A stretch of DNA of 64,000 bases from Macrostomum lignano (lineage: Eukaryota), in contig NIVC01001709.1 in NCBI GenBank assembly GCA_002269645.1, positions 124,001-188,000 of the forward strand, read 5' to 3'. The notes below the pieces were generated by a model. It did no database searches. It was not told the DNA's origin and was given only the letters and a program-made list of their open reading frames with translations. The position numbers and the translations under genes are program-made. The number at the start of each line of letters is the position of its first letter. The first letter of the stretch is position 1. Shown here piece after piece: positions 23,501-36,687 of the stretch.

Positions 23501-26500
23501 ATGTGTCACTGTGCAATCTATGATGTGTCACTGTGTGCAATCTGTGATGTGTCACTGTGTGCAATCTGTGATGTGTCACTGTGTGCAATCTGTGATGTGT
23601 CACTGTGCAATCTATGATGTGTCACTGTGTGCAATCTGTGATGTGTTACTGTGTGCAATCTGTGATGTGTCACTGTGTGCAATATGTGATGTGTCACTGT
23701 GTGCAATCTGTGATGTGTCACTGTGTGCAATCTGTGATGTGTCACTGTGTGCAATCTGTGATGTGTCACTGTGTGCAATCTGTGATGTGTCACTGTGTGC
23801 AATCTGTGATGTGTCACTGTGTGCAATATGTGATGTGTCACTGTGTGCAATCTGTGATGTGTCACTGTGTGCAATCTGTGATATGTCACTGTGTGCAATC
23901 TGTGATGTGTCACTGCAATCTGTGATGTGTCACTGTGTGCAATCTGTGATGTGTCACTGCAATCTGTGATGTGTCACTGTGTGCAATCTGTGATGTGTCA
24001 CTGCAATCTGTGATGTGTCACTGTGTGCAATCTGTGATGTGTCACTGTGTGCAATCTGTGATGTGTCACTGTGTGCAATCTGTGATGTGTCACTGTGTGC
24101 AATCTGTGATGTGTCACTGTGTGCAATCTGTGATGTGTCACTGTGGGCAATCTGGGATGTGTCACTGTAGGCAATCTGTGATGTGTCACTGTGTGCAATC
24201 TGTGATGTGTCACTCAATCTGGGATGTGTCACTGTGTGCAATCTGTGATGTGTCACTGCAATCTGTGATGTGTCACTGTGTGCAATCTGTGATGTGTCAC
24301 TGCAATCTGTGATGTGTCACTGCAATCTGTGATGTGTCACTACAATCTGTGATGTGTCACTGCAATCTGTGATGTGTCACTGTGTGCAATCTGTGATGTG
24401 TCACTGTGTGCAATCTGTGATATGTCACTGTGTGCAATCTGTGATATGTCACTGCAATCTGTGATGTGTCACTGCAATCTGTGATGTGTCACTGTGTGCA
24501 ATCTGTGATGTGTCACTGCAATCTGTGATGTGTCACTGTGTGCAATCTGTGATGTGTCACTGTGTGCAATCTGTGATGTGTCACTGTGTGCAATCTGTGA
24601 TGTGTCACTGTGTGCAATCTGTGATGTGTCACTGTGTGCAATCTGTGATGTGTCACTGTGTGCAATCTGTGATGTGTCACTGTGTGCAATCTGTGATGTG
24701 TCACTGTGTGCAATCTGTGATGTGTCACTGTGTGCAATCTGTGATGCGTCACTGTGTGCAATCTGTGATGTGTCACTGTGTGCAATCTGTGATGTGTCAC
24801 TGTGTGCAATATGTGATGTGTCACTGTGTGCAATCTGTGATGTGTCACTGTGTACAATCTGTGATGTGTCACTGTGTGCAATCTGTGATGTGTCACTGTG
24901 TGCAATCTGTGATGTGTCACTGTGTGCAATCTGTGATGTGTCACTGTGTGCAATCTGTGATGCGTCCCTAAAATATGAAAATGTGCTTTTTGTATTCTAG
25001 GAACATCCGCATAGCAACATCTGACACCTGACTAACGCTCGGTCTCCCCCCCCCAGGTCGTAGAATTCGACTACGAACTGGACGACCGAGGCGGCGGCGG
25101 TCGCAAGCTGCTGGGCCGGGGCACCTTCGGCACGGTGTACGCTGGCATTGAGAAGCGGCGCCAGATGAAGATCGCAATTAAGGAGATCAATGAGGATCAG
25201 GTGAAAGAGGTTCAGGCGCTGCACGAAGAGATTCGCCTGCACTCCCGGCTGAACCATCGGAATATTGTGCGCTACCTGGGGTCCATGTCCGAGGCCGGGA
25301 TTATCAAGATCTTCATGGAGCAGGTGCGACCGGTTTGCTGCATAAGTGTATCTGGGGCTAATTGTCTAATAGCCTCAAACATTGGGGCTAATTGTCTAAT
25401 AGCCTCAAACATTGGGGCTACTTGTCTAATAGCCTCAAACATTGGGGCTAATTGTCTAATAGCCTCAAACATTGGAGATAATAGCCTCTAGACATTGCAG
25501 CTAATAGCCTCTAGACATTGCAGCTAATAGCCTCTAGACATTGCAGCTAATAGCCTCTAGACATTGCAGCTAATAGCCTCTAGACATTGCAGCTAATAGC
25601 CTCTAGACATTGGAGCTAATGGCCTCTAGATACTGCAGCTAATAGCCTCTAGACATTGGAGCTAATGGCCTCTAGATACTGCAGCTAATAGCCTCTAGAC
25701 ATTGGAGCTAATGGCCTCTAGATACTGCAGCTAATAGCCTCTAGACATTGGAGCTAATGGCCTCTAGATACTGCAGCTAATAGCCTCTAGACATTGGAGC
25801 TAATGGCCTCTAGATACTGCAGCTAATAGCCTCTAGACATTGGAGCTAATGGCCTATAGATACTGCAGCTAATAGCCTCTAGACATTGGAGCTAATGGCC
25901 TCTAGATACTGCAGCTAATAGCCTCTAGATGCTATAACTTTACCCCGCCACATGCCCGCAGGTGCCCGGCGGCTCTCTGAGCTCCCTGCTCAAGAAGAAC
26001 GGCCCCCTGTCGGAGCAGATCACTGCCTATTATTCCTACCAGATTCTGGAAGGCCTGCAGTATCTGCACGACAATAAAATTGTCCACCGCGACATCAAAG
26101 GCGACAACATTCTGGTGAACACGTACAGCGGCGTGTTGAAGATCTCGGACTTCGGCACCAGCCGCCGCCTGGTTGGCATGGCCCCGGCCGCCACCTTCAC
26201 CGGCACAATCCAGTACATGAGCCCTGAAGTCATCGACCTCGGCATCAAAGGCTACGGCCTGCCGGCTGACGTCTGGTCCTTCGGCTGCACAGTGATCGAG
26301 ATGCTGACTGGCCAGCCGCCCTTCATTGAGCTGGGCTCCGTGCAGGCCACCATGTTCAAAGTGGGGTTCTATAAGGTGAGCATTTGGGATAACTCAGGGC
26401 AAAAGTTCACATTCCTCAGGTCAAAGCTTCAGCTACCTCAGGTCACAGCTTCAGCTACCTCAGGTCACAGTTTCAGCTACCTCAGGTCACAGTTTCAGTT

Positions 26501-29218
26501 ACCTCAGGTCACAGTTTCAGCTACCTCAGGTCACAGCTTCAGCTACCTCAGGTCACAGCTTCAGCTACCTCAGGTCACAGTTTCAGCTACCTCAGGTCAC
26601 AGTTTCAGCTACCTCAGGTCACAGTTTCAGCTACCTCAGGTCACAGTTTCAGCTACCTCAGGTCACAGTTTCAGCTACCTCAGGTCAAAGCTTCAGATAG
26701 TAATCATTATTCCCCATTCGCGCAGGTGCACCCGGACATCCCGGAGGCCAGCAGCAAGACCTGCTCAGACTTCTGCCTGCAGTCCTTCGCCATCGACCCC
26801 AACCAGCGGGCCACCTGCGCCCAGCTTTTGGCCCACGATTTCCTGGCCGAGGCCGCCCGCCTGCTGCACCGGAAGCGGGGCACCAACCGAGGCATCAGCC
26901 GCACCGACCAGGCCGGCAGCGGCGGCGGCGGCGGAGGCAGCGGAGGCAGGCGGCACCCGCACCACCTGGCCTCCATCGATGTCGCTGCCGCCCACGCAGC
27001 GAATGTCGCGTCGGCCTCAGCAACGGTGACCCCGACTTCCGCCTGCGCTCACAACGCCGCTGTGGCCGCCGCCGCCGTAGCTGGCAGCGCATCGACGGCG
27101 AACACGCCGAGCCCGCCGTCGTCCAGCGCCGCCGACCATCTGCTCAGCCCGTTCATCAGCGACGTTCCCAGCAGCATCGGCAGCGGCAGCAGCAACACCA
27201 GCAACAAGTTCTTCTTGCTCCGCAAAGACTCCGAGCGTCGGGAGACTCTGCACGGCATCATGCTGCAGGATGGGGCCGAGATTGTGCAGCGGTGGATCCA
27301 GCTTCTCGGCTATCAGCACTGCGACTGCGGCGCCGCCTCTTCCTCCGCCGCCACCGCCACTGCCGACGAAGCTGGCGCCGCTGCTGCTGCAGCCGCAGCC
27401 TCAGCCGCCGCCTCCGCCTCCGCGACCATCAACGTGCCCGACTCTGACCTGCTCGCCCAGGTGCTGCGCGCGTTCGCCGCCTACATCAAAGAGCGCCAGG
27501 CTCGATTCGCCGAACTGGAGGACGCCATACGCCGCCTGGTGGCCGCCTCGGGCTACCGGACCGCCAGCCTGGCCGTCTACTCGCTCGGCGAGGCCGTCAC
27601 CGCCACCCTGCGCCGCCGGCACATCCAGCCGCACTGGGTGTTCGCCCTGGACAGCATCCTCAGGGATGCCATCGAAGCGGCCGCCCGCTGCCTGCCAGCC
27701 TCCAATCCGGCCGCCGCTGCCGATGCTGCCGCCGGCGATGGCGCAGCAGCTGCTGACAACGGCGCCGAGGACGAGGACGCGCTGACGTCCGGTGTGTCGA
27801 CTTACGACAGCCGCGACGCCGGCGGCACAGCGGGGGCCAGACCGCAGCAGCAGCCGCAGCTGCAGCGTCGGCAGTCGCAACAGCAGCAGCAGTCGCCTCC
27901 GGCGCCTTCCATGGCGATCTCCGCCGCTGTCAACTCCGAAGCCTCGTCAGAACACCTCGACAGGCTTCGCCGACGCTACAGTGAAGCGACGTCCGAGTAC
28001 GCCCGCCTGCTGGAGCGGGCCTGCGCCGGCCGGCTGGCCGAGTGCCAGCAGCTCCGCCTTAGGCTGCAATCGTCGTCGGCCGAGTCAGAAACTGCGGCGG
28101 CCGCCGCTGCCGCCGACGCCTCGGACGCGGACACGGTGAGGATCGACCCGGACATGGCGGCCTGGGCGGAGCGCGAGGCCCGAGTGTCCAGCGTCGATGT
28201 CGCCGTGCTGGCCCTGCAGGATTTCGATTTGGAGACGCTGCTGCTGTGCGACAAAGAGGATCTGAGCCGGGCGCCGATCCGGTGAGCGCGGGACCGGGCT
28301 GGGATCATTCAGATCTGTCTCCCCGATCCCTACAGCCTTCCAGTGCCAATCAACATGAGGTGGCTCAATGGTTAACTCAAATCTCAACCTCAGATCCATC
28401 AGTTTCGGACTTCGTAGATCCCTTAATCTTATTCTACTAGGTCTCACCCTAGATCCCTAAATCCCTACATCTCACACTAGATCCCTAAGTCCCTAAATCT
28501 CACCCTAGATCCCTAAATCCCTAAATCTCACCCTATATCAAATCCCTAAATCTCACCCTAGATCCCTAAATCTCATTCTATATCAAATCCCTAAATCTCA
28601 CTCTAGATCCCTAAATCTCATTCCATATCAAATCCCTAAATCTCATTCTATATCAAATCCCTAAATCTCACTCTAGATCCCTAAATCTCACCCTAGATCC
28701 CTAAAATATCGCCATAAATTTCCAATCTCAACCTCAGATCCATCAGTTCGGACTTCGTAGATCCCTTAATCTTATTCTACTAGATCTCACCCTAGATCCC
28801 TAAATCTCACCCTAGATCCCTAAATCTCACCATAAATCACCGAATCTCGCCCTAGTAGATCCCTAAATCTTACCCTAGGTACCTAAATCTCAGCCTTCCT
28901 AAATTCTTAAGTCCCACTTTTCTAAATCACTGAAACTCGCCTTCTAGATCTCTAACTTCCACTTCTAAGCCCCTAAATCTCATTCTCTAATCCAGATTTC
29001 TAACTCTAGAGAAGCCCTTTAGGCAAATTCCCTAGATTCTATACTTAGATTTTTATTCCACTATTCTGCAGCAAATTATATAGGTCCCTGTTTTATTCCT
29101 ATCACGCAGAGGCGGCGCAGTTGTCAGACTCTGGCAGGCGATTCTCAGGCACCGAGCCAGCCAGCAGCAATCTTCATGTGAAGCACCTGGCAACTCAGGT
29201 ACCGAAGCCCAGCACTAA
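11572..29218 (+). CDS. MAP3K5: ASK-family MAP kinase kinase kinase (MAP3K5/MAP3K15-like). Exons: 11572-11801, [14317-14422 or 18858-18969], 20173-20283, ~20846-21544, 22296-23210, 25057-25323, 25962-26375, 26726-28281, 29110-29218
   Basis: ASK hallmarks: [68 protein letters not shown]; kinase motifs [29 protein letters not shown]; [14 protein letters not shown]; C-terminal SAM-like [16 protein letters not shown] phases are consistent. The start codon and the acceptor near 20846 are uncertain. Confidence 0.92.
12640..13742. repeat. Minisatellite, 31 bp unit (AGTGTCCTAGACAAGAGTTTAGCTCCAATTT)
   Basis: About 35 tandem copies in a MAP3K intron. Confidence 0.95.
14317..14422 (+). CDS. Candidate alternative (mutually exclusive) MAP3K exon 2a: (R)[35 protein letters not shown]
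   Basis: Acceptor CTTTGTTTCCAG|T and donor TTG|GTAATG. Same phases (2 in, 0 out) as exon 18858-18969, with ungapped peptide homology to it. Confidence 0.72.
14560..15732. repeat. Minisatellite, 25 bp unit (CTAATTGGGTCTAGATGATGAGATT)
   Basis: Tandem copies in a MAP3K intron. Confidence 0.95.
16150..18345. repeat. Minisatellite, 23 bp unit (GAATAGTCCCTAATCCACTGCTA), ~2.2 kb
   Basis: Tandem copies in a MAP3K intron. Confidence 0.95.
18858..18969 (+). CDS. MAP3K exon 2b (canonical): (R)[37 protein letters not shown]
   Basis: Matches the ASK consensus F.KLDFGET..L..FYNADVA...MS. Branch TGCTAAC, acceptor ATACAG|G, donor AAG|GTTTGT. Confidence 0.88.
20300..20815 (+). repeat. Minisatellite, 28 bp unit (GGAGGCTGGCCCAGCAACTGAGGATCTG)
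   Basis: Fills a MAP3K intron; the same family occurs inverted at 29575-30113. Confidence 0.95.
21595..22190. repeat. Polypyrimidine minisatellite, 20 bp unit (TTCCCCTTTCCCCTCCTTTC)
   Basis: Tandem copies in a MAP3K intron. Confidence 0.93.
23235..24965. repeat. Minisatellite, 24 bp unit (TGTGATGTGTCACTGTGTGCAATC)
   Basis: About 70 copies in a MAP3K intron; source of many spurious ORFs. Confidence 0.97.
25350..25930. repeat. Compound minisatellite: 30 bp unit, then 23 bp unit (GCTAATAGCCTCTAGACATTGCA) with 46-bp dimer structure
   Basis: Visible in the intron that splits the kinase domain. Confidence 0.93.
26410..26700. repeat. Minisatellite, 22 bp unit (TCAGCTACCTCAGGTCACAGCT)
   Basis: Fills MAP3K intron 26376-26725. 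Confidence 0.93.
28380..28880. repeat. Degenerate 20 bp repeat (CTAGATCCCTAAATCTCACC) with a ~60-bp segment duplicated at ~28380-28440 and ~28724-28783
   Basis: Visible in the last MAP3K intron. Confidence 0.85.
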
Positions 29219-29574
29219 TTGGCAATAGCATATGCAATAGAGAGTTCAAACTTCATTAATTATCAGTAATTAATAGTGATAGTTATTCAGTTATTCAGTT
29301 GAATTGTCTTGTTTATATTTTTATGTACCCTCCTTGCGTGTAGACTGCAACAGATATTTGCCTGTCATATTTTCTGTGACCAATAACTGATCAATTGTCT
29401 CAGTTGTCAAACTGAAAGTCTAGCAGAGCCCAACCTTTGCATGATGAACAAGTGTAAGCACTTTTTTCTTCCTTCTTCTTTTTTATTTCCCTCTGCAGTG
29501 CTGCATGATTTTGTCGTATTTTTCAAATTGAAGCGCTTGTTAGCAACTGCTAGGAGTTTTCCCCATCAAGTTGA

Positions 29575-30113
29575 CTTCATCAGTTGCTGGGCTGGCCTCC
29601 CAGATCCTCAGTTGCTGGGCCAGCTTCTCAGATCCTCAGTTGTGGGCCACCGCCAGACTCCCAGATCCTCAGTTGCTAGGCCAGCCTCCCAGATCCTCAG
29701 TTGCTGGGCCAGCCTCCAAGATCCTCAGTTGCTGGGCCAGCCTCTCAGATCCTCAGTTGCTGGGCCAGCCTCCCAAATCCTCAGCTGCTGGGCCAGCCTC
29801 TCAGATCCTCAGTTGCTGGGCCAGCCTCTCAGATCCTCAGTTGTGGGCCACCGCCAGACTCCCAGATCCTCAGTTGTGGGCCACCGCCAGACTCCCAGAT
29901 CCTCAGTTGCTGGGCCAGCCTCTCAGATCCTCAGTTGCTGGGCCAGCCTCTCAGATTCTCAGTTGTATGCCACCGCCAGACTCCCAGATCCTCAGTTGCT
30001 GGGCCAGCTTCTCAGATCCTCAGTTGCTGGGCCAGCCTCTTAGATCCTCAGTTGCTGGGCCAGCCTCTCAGATCCTCAGTTGTGGGCCACCGCCAGACTC
30101 CCAGATCCTCAGA
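29575..30113 (-). repeat. Inverted copy of the 28-bp minisatellite at 20300-20815
   Basis: CAGATCCTCAGTTGCTGGGCCAGCCTCC is the reverse complement of the intronic unit. Confidence 0.93.
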
Positions 30114-30764
30114 CTAAATCTATTTCAATGCAGTGTCTCCCCTCCCAGAGCCTCAAGAAATGTATTTTGAAGACTCGATCAGCTTAACCAGATTACAGTA
30201 TTACATATTCCAGTTTTAGCATAGAATGGACGCATGCCGTATACGAGCCACTGATGTTTTGTGAAGTCAAATTTCGTCATTTTCCACTCCGTTTGTCGCG
30301 TGTCCATTCTGCAGGAATCCATTTCAGTCTTTATGATCTTTTATACCCTTCCCTAAGTTGAGCTTGATTGCAAATGAAAAAGTAAAATTAAATTATGAAA
30401 AATACACTTTTTAAGCCTCAACTGGATCTCAACAGCACGCATGAGTAGGCTTACCAGGTCACGAGATGAGTTGTGTGTTAGAAGTCAGTACAAATGTAGA
30501 ACCAGTGTGTGCAATTAATTAAATTAGCCCGTTCTCTGTCCACTACACTCTTACTATGCTTTGATCTGTTTGCCGCACTTATAATTGCATGTATACATAG
30601 ATTCATGTTTGTAACTATTGAATATATATTAATCATTAACTGCTCTGGATCTTCTCCTTCTGTTGGAAACCACTGATTTACTGGCCCAAGTTTATAAGCC
30701 TGTGTGATTACTTCGGTTACTTTGGCTAATTTTATGCATTATTGGGTCAGGTGTAAAGATTTAT

Positions 30765-31945
30765 GGGTCAGGTGTGTAGATTGATGGGTCAGGTGCCTGT
30801 GTAGATTGATGGGTCAGGTGTGCAGATTGATGGGTCAGGTGCCTGTGTAGATTGATGGGTCAGGTGTGCAGATTGATGGGTCAGGTGTGCAGATTGATGG
30901 GTCGGGTGTGTAGATTGATGGGTCAGGTGCCTGTGTAGATTGATGGGTCAGGTGTGTAGATTGATGGGTCAGGTGCCTGTGTAGATTGATGGGTCAGGTG
31001 TGCAGATTGATGGGTCAGGTGTGCAGATTGATGGGTCAGGTGTGCAGATTGATGGGTCGGGTGTGTAGATTGATGGGTCAGGTGCCTGTGTAGATTGATG
31101 GGTCAGGTGTGTAGATTGATGGGTCAGGTGCCTGTGTAGATTGATGGGTCAGGTGTGTAGATTGATGGGTCAGGTGCCTGTGTAGATTGATGGGTCAGGT
31201 GTGCAGATTGATGGGTCGGGTGTGTAGATTGATGGGTCAGGTGTGCAGATTGATGGGTCGGGTGTGTAGATTGATGGGTCAGGTGCCTGTGTAGATTGAT
31301 GGGTCAGGTGTGTAGATTGATGGGTCAGGTGCCTGTGTAGATTGATGGGTCAGGTGTGTAGATTGATGGGTCAGGTGCCTGTGTAGATTGATGGGTCAGG
31401 TGTGCAGATTGATGGGTCAGGTGTGCAGATTGATGGGTCGGGTGTGTAGATTGATGGGTCAGGTGCCTGTGTAGATTGATGGGTCAGGTGTGTAGATTGA
31501 TGGGTCAGGTGCCTGTGTAGATTGATGGGTCAGGTGTGCAGATTGATGGGTCAGGTGTGCAGATTGATGGGTCAGGTGTGCAGATTGATGGGTCAGGTGT
31601 GCAGATTGATGGGTCGGGTGTGTAGATTGATGGGTCAGGTGCCTGTGTAGATTGATGGGTCAGGTGTGTAGATTGATGGGTCAGGTGTGCAGATTAATGG
31701 GTCAGGTGTGCAGATTGATGGGTCGGGTGTGTAGATTGATGGGTCAGGTGTGTAGATTGATGGGTCAGGTGTGCAGATTGATGGGTCAGGTGTGCAGATT
31801 GATGGGTCAGGTGTGCAGATTGATGGGTCAGGTGTGCAGATTGATGGGTCGGGTGTGTAGATTGATGGGTCAGGTGCCTGTGTAGATTGATGGGTCAGGT
31901 GTGTAGATTGATGGGTCAGGTGCCTGTGTAGATTGATGGGTCATG
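30765..31945. repeat. Minisatellite, 21/25 bp units (GTGTGTAGATTGATGGGTCAG)
   Basis: Tandem copies visible. Confidence 0.95.
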
Positions 31946-32519
31946 TATGTAGATAAAGGATTCCTGTAGTGCAGAATTTCACTTCGGGATGCTTGTGTAC
32001 TTTATTTTTTTTTGCCAGGGACTCCAGAGCTCGGAGCGTCGTTTTGCTTGCAGACTCAGAAGTAGGAGTTCTCTGCTTTGTAGAAGCATTTCTGAGTCAA
32101 AGCAAATTGGCCAGGAATTCGTGAATATCCGTGTCTAAGCAAGCTTCAAATCTCAGCTCGCATACTCCAGTTGCCCATATTTGTCTATGGCCATCAGTCA
32201 GTGCACAAAAGACAGGAGCCTCGTGCATTTGCATAGCGAATGCCTTCAAATTTCCAAGTCAGGAAATTGACTCATTTTCCATTCCAGCATTTTGAGTTCT
32301 TTGAATCATCGAGCTCATTAGCCTGGGGAAGTTCGAGCGGCCGAGCTTTGTGCGAGCTCGCATTTGAAACTCGAATTGAATAGAAAATGATACCAGAAAA
32401 AGTTTGGGATTTGGGATTAACATTTACCGACTTTAAATGCACTGTCAATGTCCCTTATTGGCAGTGTCCCATTCTTCATTTCGCTGCACGTCATCACAAT
32501 AAGTCAGGAACAGATGATG

Positions 32520-34213
32520 GACTCACACTGTACATGCTGATGCATGACCATACTCACACTGTACATGCTGATGCATGACCATACTCACACTGTACATGCT
32601 GATGCGTGACCATACTGACACTGTACATGCTGATGCATGACCATACTGACACTGTACATGCTGATGCGTGACCATACTGACACTGTACATGCTGATGCAT
32701 GACCATACTGACACTGTACATGCTGATACATGACCATACTGACACTGTACATGCTGATGCATGACCATACTCACACTGTACATGCTGATGCATGACCATA
32801 CTGACACTGTACATGCTGATGCATGACCATACTGACACTGTACATGCTGATGCATGACCATACTGACACTGTACATGCTGATACATGACCATACTGACAC
32901 TGTACATGCTGATGCATGACCATACTGACACTGTACATGCTGATGCGTGACCATACTGACACTGTACATGCTGATACATGACCATACTGACACTCTACAT
33001 GCTGATGCATGACCATACTGACACTGTACATGCTGATACATGACCATACTGACACTGTACATGCTGATACATGACCATACTGACACTCTACATGCTGATG
33101 CATGACCATACTGACACTGTACATGCTGATACATGACCATACTGACACTGTACATGCTGATGCATGACCATACTGACACTGTACATGCTGATGCATGACC
33201 ATACTGACACTGTACATGCTGATACATGACCATACTGACACTGTACATGCTGATGCATGACCATACTGACACTGTACATGCTGATACATGACCATACTGA
33301 CACTGTACATGCTGATGCATGACCATACTCACACTGTACATGCTGATGCATGACCATACTCACACTGTACATGCTGATGCGTGACCATACTGACACTGTA
33401 CATGCTGATACATGACCATACTGACACTCTACATGCTGATGCATGACCATACTGACACTGTACATGCTGATGCATGACCATACTGACACTGTACATGCTG
33501 ATGCATGACCATACTGACACTGTACATGCTGATACATGACCATACTGACACTGTACATGCTGATGCATGACCATACTGACACTGTACATGCTGATGCATG
33601 ACCATACTGACACTGTACATGCTGATACATGACCATACTGACACTGTACATGCTGATGCATGACCATACTGACACTGTACATGCTGATGCATGACCATAC
33701 TGACACTGTACATGCTGATGCATGACCATACTGACACTGTACATGCTGATGCATGACCATACTGACACTGTACATGCTGATGCATGACCATACTGACACT
33801 GTACATGCTGATACATGACCATACTGACACTGTACATGCTGATGCATGACCATACTGACACTGTACATGCTGATACATGACCATACTGACACTGTACATG
33901 CTGATACATGACCATACTGACACTGTACATGCTGATGCGTGACCATACTGACACTGTACATGCTGATACATGACCATACTGACACTGTACATGCTGATGC
34001 ATGACCATACTGACACTGTACATGCTGATACATGACCATACTGACACTGTACATGCTGATGCATGACCATACTGACACTGTACATGCTGATACATGACCA
34101 TACTGACACTGTACATGCTGATACATGACCATACTGACACTGTACATGCTGATACATGACCATACTGACACTGTAAATGCTGATGCGTGACCATACTGAC
34201 ACTGTACATGCTG
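32520..34213. repeat. Minisatellite, 31 bp unit (ATGCTGATGCATGACCATACTGACACTGTAC)
   Basis: About 55 tandem copies. Confidence 0.97.
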
Positions 34214-34604
34214 GGTCATAGACGCCTTGCCGCCTAGGTCGATCTCGTGCGGGCCTGGGAAACAATTTTTTGAGTCGCTGAGCCACCCGCGCTGCTCACC
34301 CACATCGTCGGGTCAATATCGGCCTCGGCAACACCCTGACCCTGGGGGCAATCTGCAGCCCGGACCTTCGTGGCCATTATTGGATGTGATTGAAAGATAA
34401 TTGGATGCAACTGCCTGGGAGCCTTGGGGGCCCGCGCTTGCTGTCCTTGGCCTTCTGTTGCCTGAAATCTTTTGGCACCGAAGTTGCTAACATTGTTGCC
34501 GTGAAAGTTCGAGCATTCCTTCGCGGAGGGAAAGTGCAGTTCGACACACTTTGACCAACGATCCTGTGTATAAATGAGCTCTAGTAGGCCTCTGGGGTAT
34601 CGCT

Positions 34605-35530
34605 TTTACTGCATTTCGGCGCCGTTCTTACTGCATTTCGGCGCCGTTCTTACTGCATTTCGGCGCCGTTCTTACTGCATTTCGGCGCCATTCTTACTGC
34701 ATTTCGGCGCCATTCTTACTGCATTTCAGCGCCATTCTTACTGCATTTCGGCGCCATTCTTACTGCATTTCGGCGCCGTTCTTACTGCATTTCGGCGCCA
34801 TTCTTACTGCATTTCGGCGCCATTCTTACTGCATTTTGGCGCCGTTCTTACTGCATTTCGGCGCCATTCTTACTGCATTTCGGCGCCATTCTTACTCCAT
34901 TTCGGCGCCATTCTTACTGCATTTCGGCGCCATTCTTACTGCATTTCGGCGCCATTCTTACTGCATTTCGGCGCCATTCTTACTGCATTTCGGCGCCATT
35001 CTTACTGCATTTCGGCGCCATTCTTACTGCATTTCGGCGCCATTCTTACTGCATTTTGGCGCCGTTCTTACTGCATTTCGGCGCCATTCTTACTGCATTT
35101 CGGCGCCATTCTTACTGCATTTCGGCGCCATTCTTACTCCATTTCGGCGCCATTCTTACTGCATTTCGGCGCCGTTCTTACTGCATTTCGGCGCCATTCT
35201 TACTGCATTTCGGCGCCATTCTTACTGCATTTTGGCGCCGTTCTTACTGCATTTCGGCGCCATTCTTACTGCATTTCGGCGCCATTCTTACTGCATTTCG
35301 GCGCCATTCTTACTGCATTTTGGCGCCGTTCTTACTGCATTTCGGCGCCATTCTTACTGCATTTCGGCGCCATTCTTACTCCATTTCGGCGCCATTCTTA
35401 CTGCATTTCGGCGCCATTTCTAATCCATTTTGGCGCCATCTCTACTGCATTTCGGCGCCATTTCTAATCCATTTTGGCGCCATCTCTACTCCATTTTAGC
35501 GCCATTTTTTCCATTACGGCGCCACTCTTA
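34605..35530. repeat. Minisatellite, 22 bp unit (CTGCATTTCGGCGCCATTCTTA)
   Basis: About 40 tandem copies, degenerating at the right edge. Confidence 0.95.
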
Positions 35531-36687
35531 CACTGTACTTCATTATGGTGTCACCTCGGCGCCATTGAAAGTACATTGTAAAGTACATTGTACTGCTGAA
35601 AAAGTACATTGTCTACTTTATCAGAAATCAGAAATCCATAAACCTCCCAGGCCGTTCCTCCCGGGTGCTCTTCTACATTTCTAATGTTAAAAAAGTTTTA
35701 AAGAGTTTTGCATTAGCCGAATAAAAATGATAATTCAAGCGTGCAAGTCTTTTGCTTGGAAAAAATCTTTAACTTTTAATCCCACAAAATCCTGGTCTCT
35801 ATTGACAACTCTGGGAGGGGCTGAGCAGAGTGGGGATTTTCCGGCAGCGCGGGATTATGCTTCCCTGCGGAAAGCTGCCAGCCAAAATGCATTTATTTTG
35901 GTGCCGGACGAAAGTCCCCGTATTAATTAATAATTTATCCCAAGTCCCGCAATCGAGTCGGCAAAGTTTTAAAACAGCCGCTCCCCCACCTGCCTCTACC
36001 ATCCTCCAGGGCCCTCCTATTCATTTCAATCAATCTTCGCTCTCCTTCACACTTCACACACTTTCTCTGCGGCACTCGACTGCGCCTCAAGTAGTTTCAC
36101 AGGGCTGGCCTCGGCTCCCCAGAGGCTGGCGGCAGCGCGGCCTTTTAATTAGGCGTTTTGAGATGAGACGAGATAGGGAGCCAGGAATATCCGGCTTTGT
36201 AGAGTCTCTGATTGATGGGTCCCGGACATTGTTCACCTGATTTTATTTGGGGAAATTTAAAACAAACAGCCAGCTAAACATTTGAAGCTTGCTGAGTTGA
36301 TGAGGCTTGGAGGCTGCGGTTTTAGATACCCCATCTAGAGTTCGCCTCCCCCGACCGGGCCTGAGCCTCGCCAATCTGTTCCGCTCAGCTAGTTCCGCCT
36401 CCTGGGGGAAGCTGGATCCTTTCCTTCATCGTAGCCTAACAGTCTTCAAGCAAAAACTTTCGCTTGTCCGTCCGAAATCTGCAGGCTTGAGAATTTTTCT
36501 TTAATGAATTTTACGTGAACTGCCCAGCCTCCGGGGCTGACTGGCTGGCTAGCTGGTTTCCCAGCCGCCGGTGCGGGGCTCATGGACAAGGATGGAGAGG
36601 CTGTGTGTTGCTGGCTCCGCCGACCCCCTGAGCACGCAGACACGCGCTCACACCGGGTGTACAAGCAGTCCTGGCTTTCTCATCTTC

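Noticed and set aside
34214-34570. Minus-strand peptides faintly resembling an Argonaute/PIWI N-domain (SKRGPQG..ASNYLSI, EADIDP, LGGK, VYD)
   Set aside because: At least three frameshifts in about 200 nt are needed, so chance matching is likely. A translated HMM or tblastx search would be decisive and could not be run.
23145-35499. Long ORFs such as (HTVTHHRL)n, (CAICDVSL)n, (QHVQCQYGH)n, (ISAPFLLHFG)n and similar ones at 41674, 43523 and 52549
   Set aside because: They are translations of intronic or intergenic tandem repeats, open in several frames on both strands, with no splice context or domain similarity.
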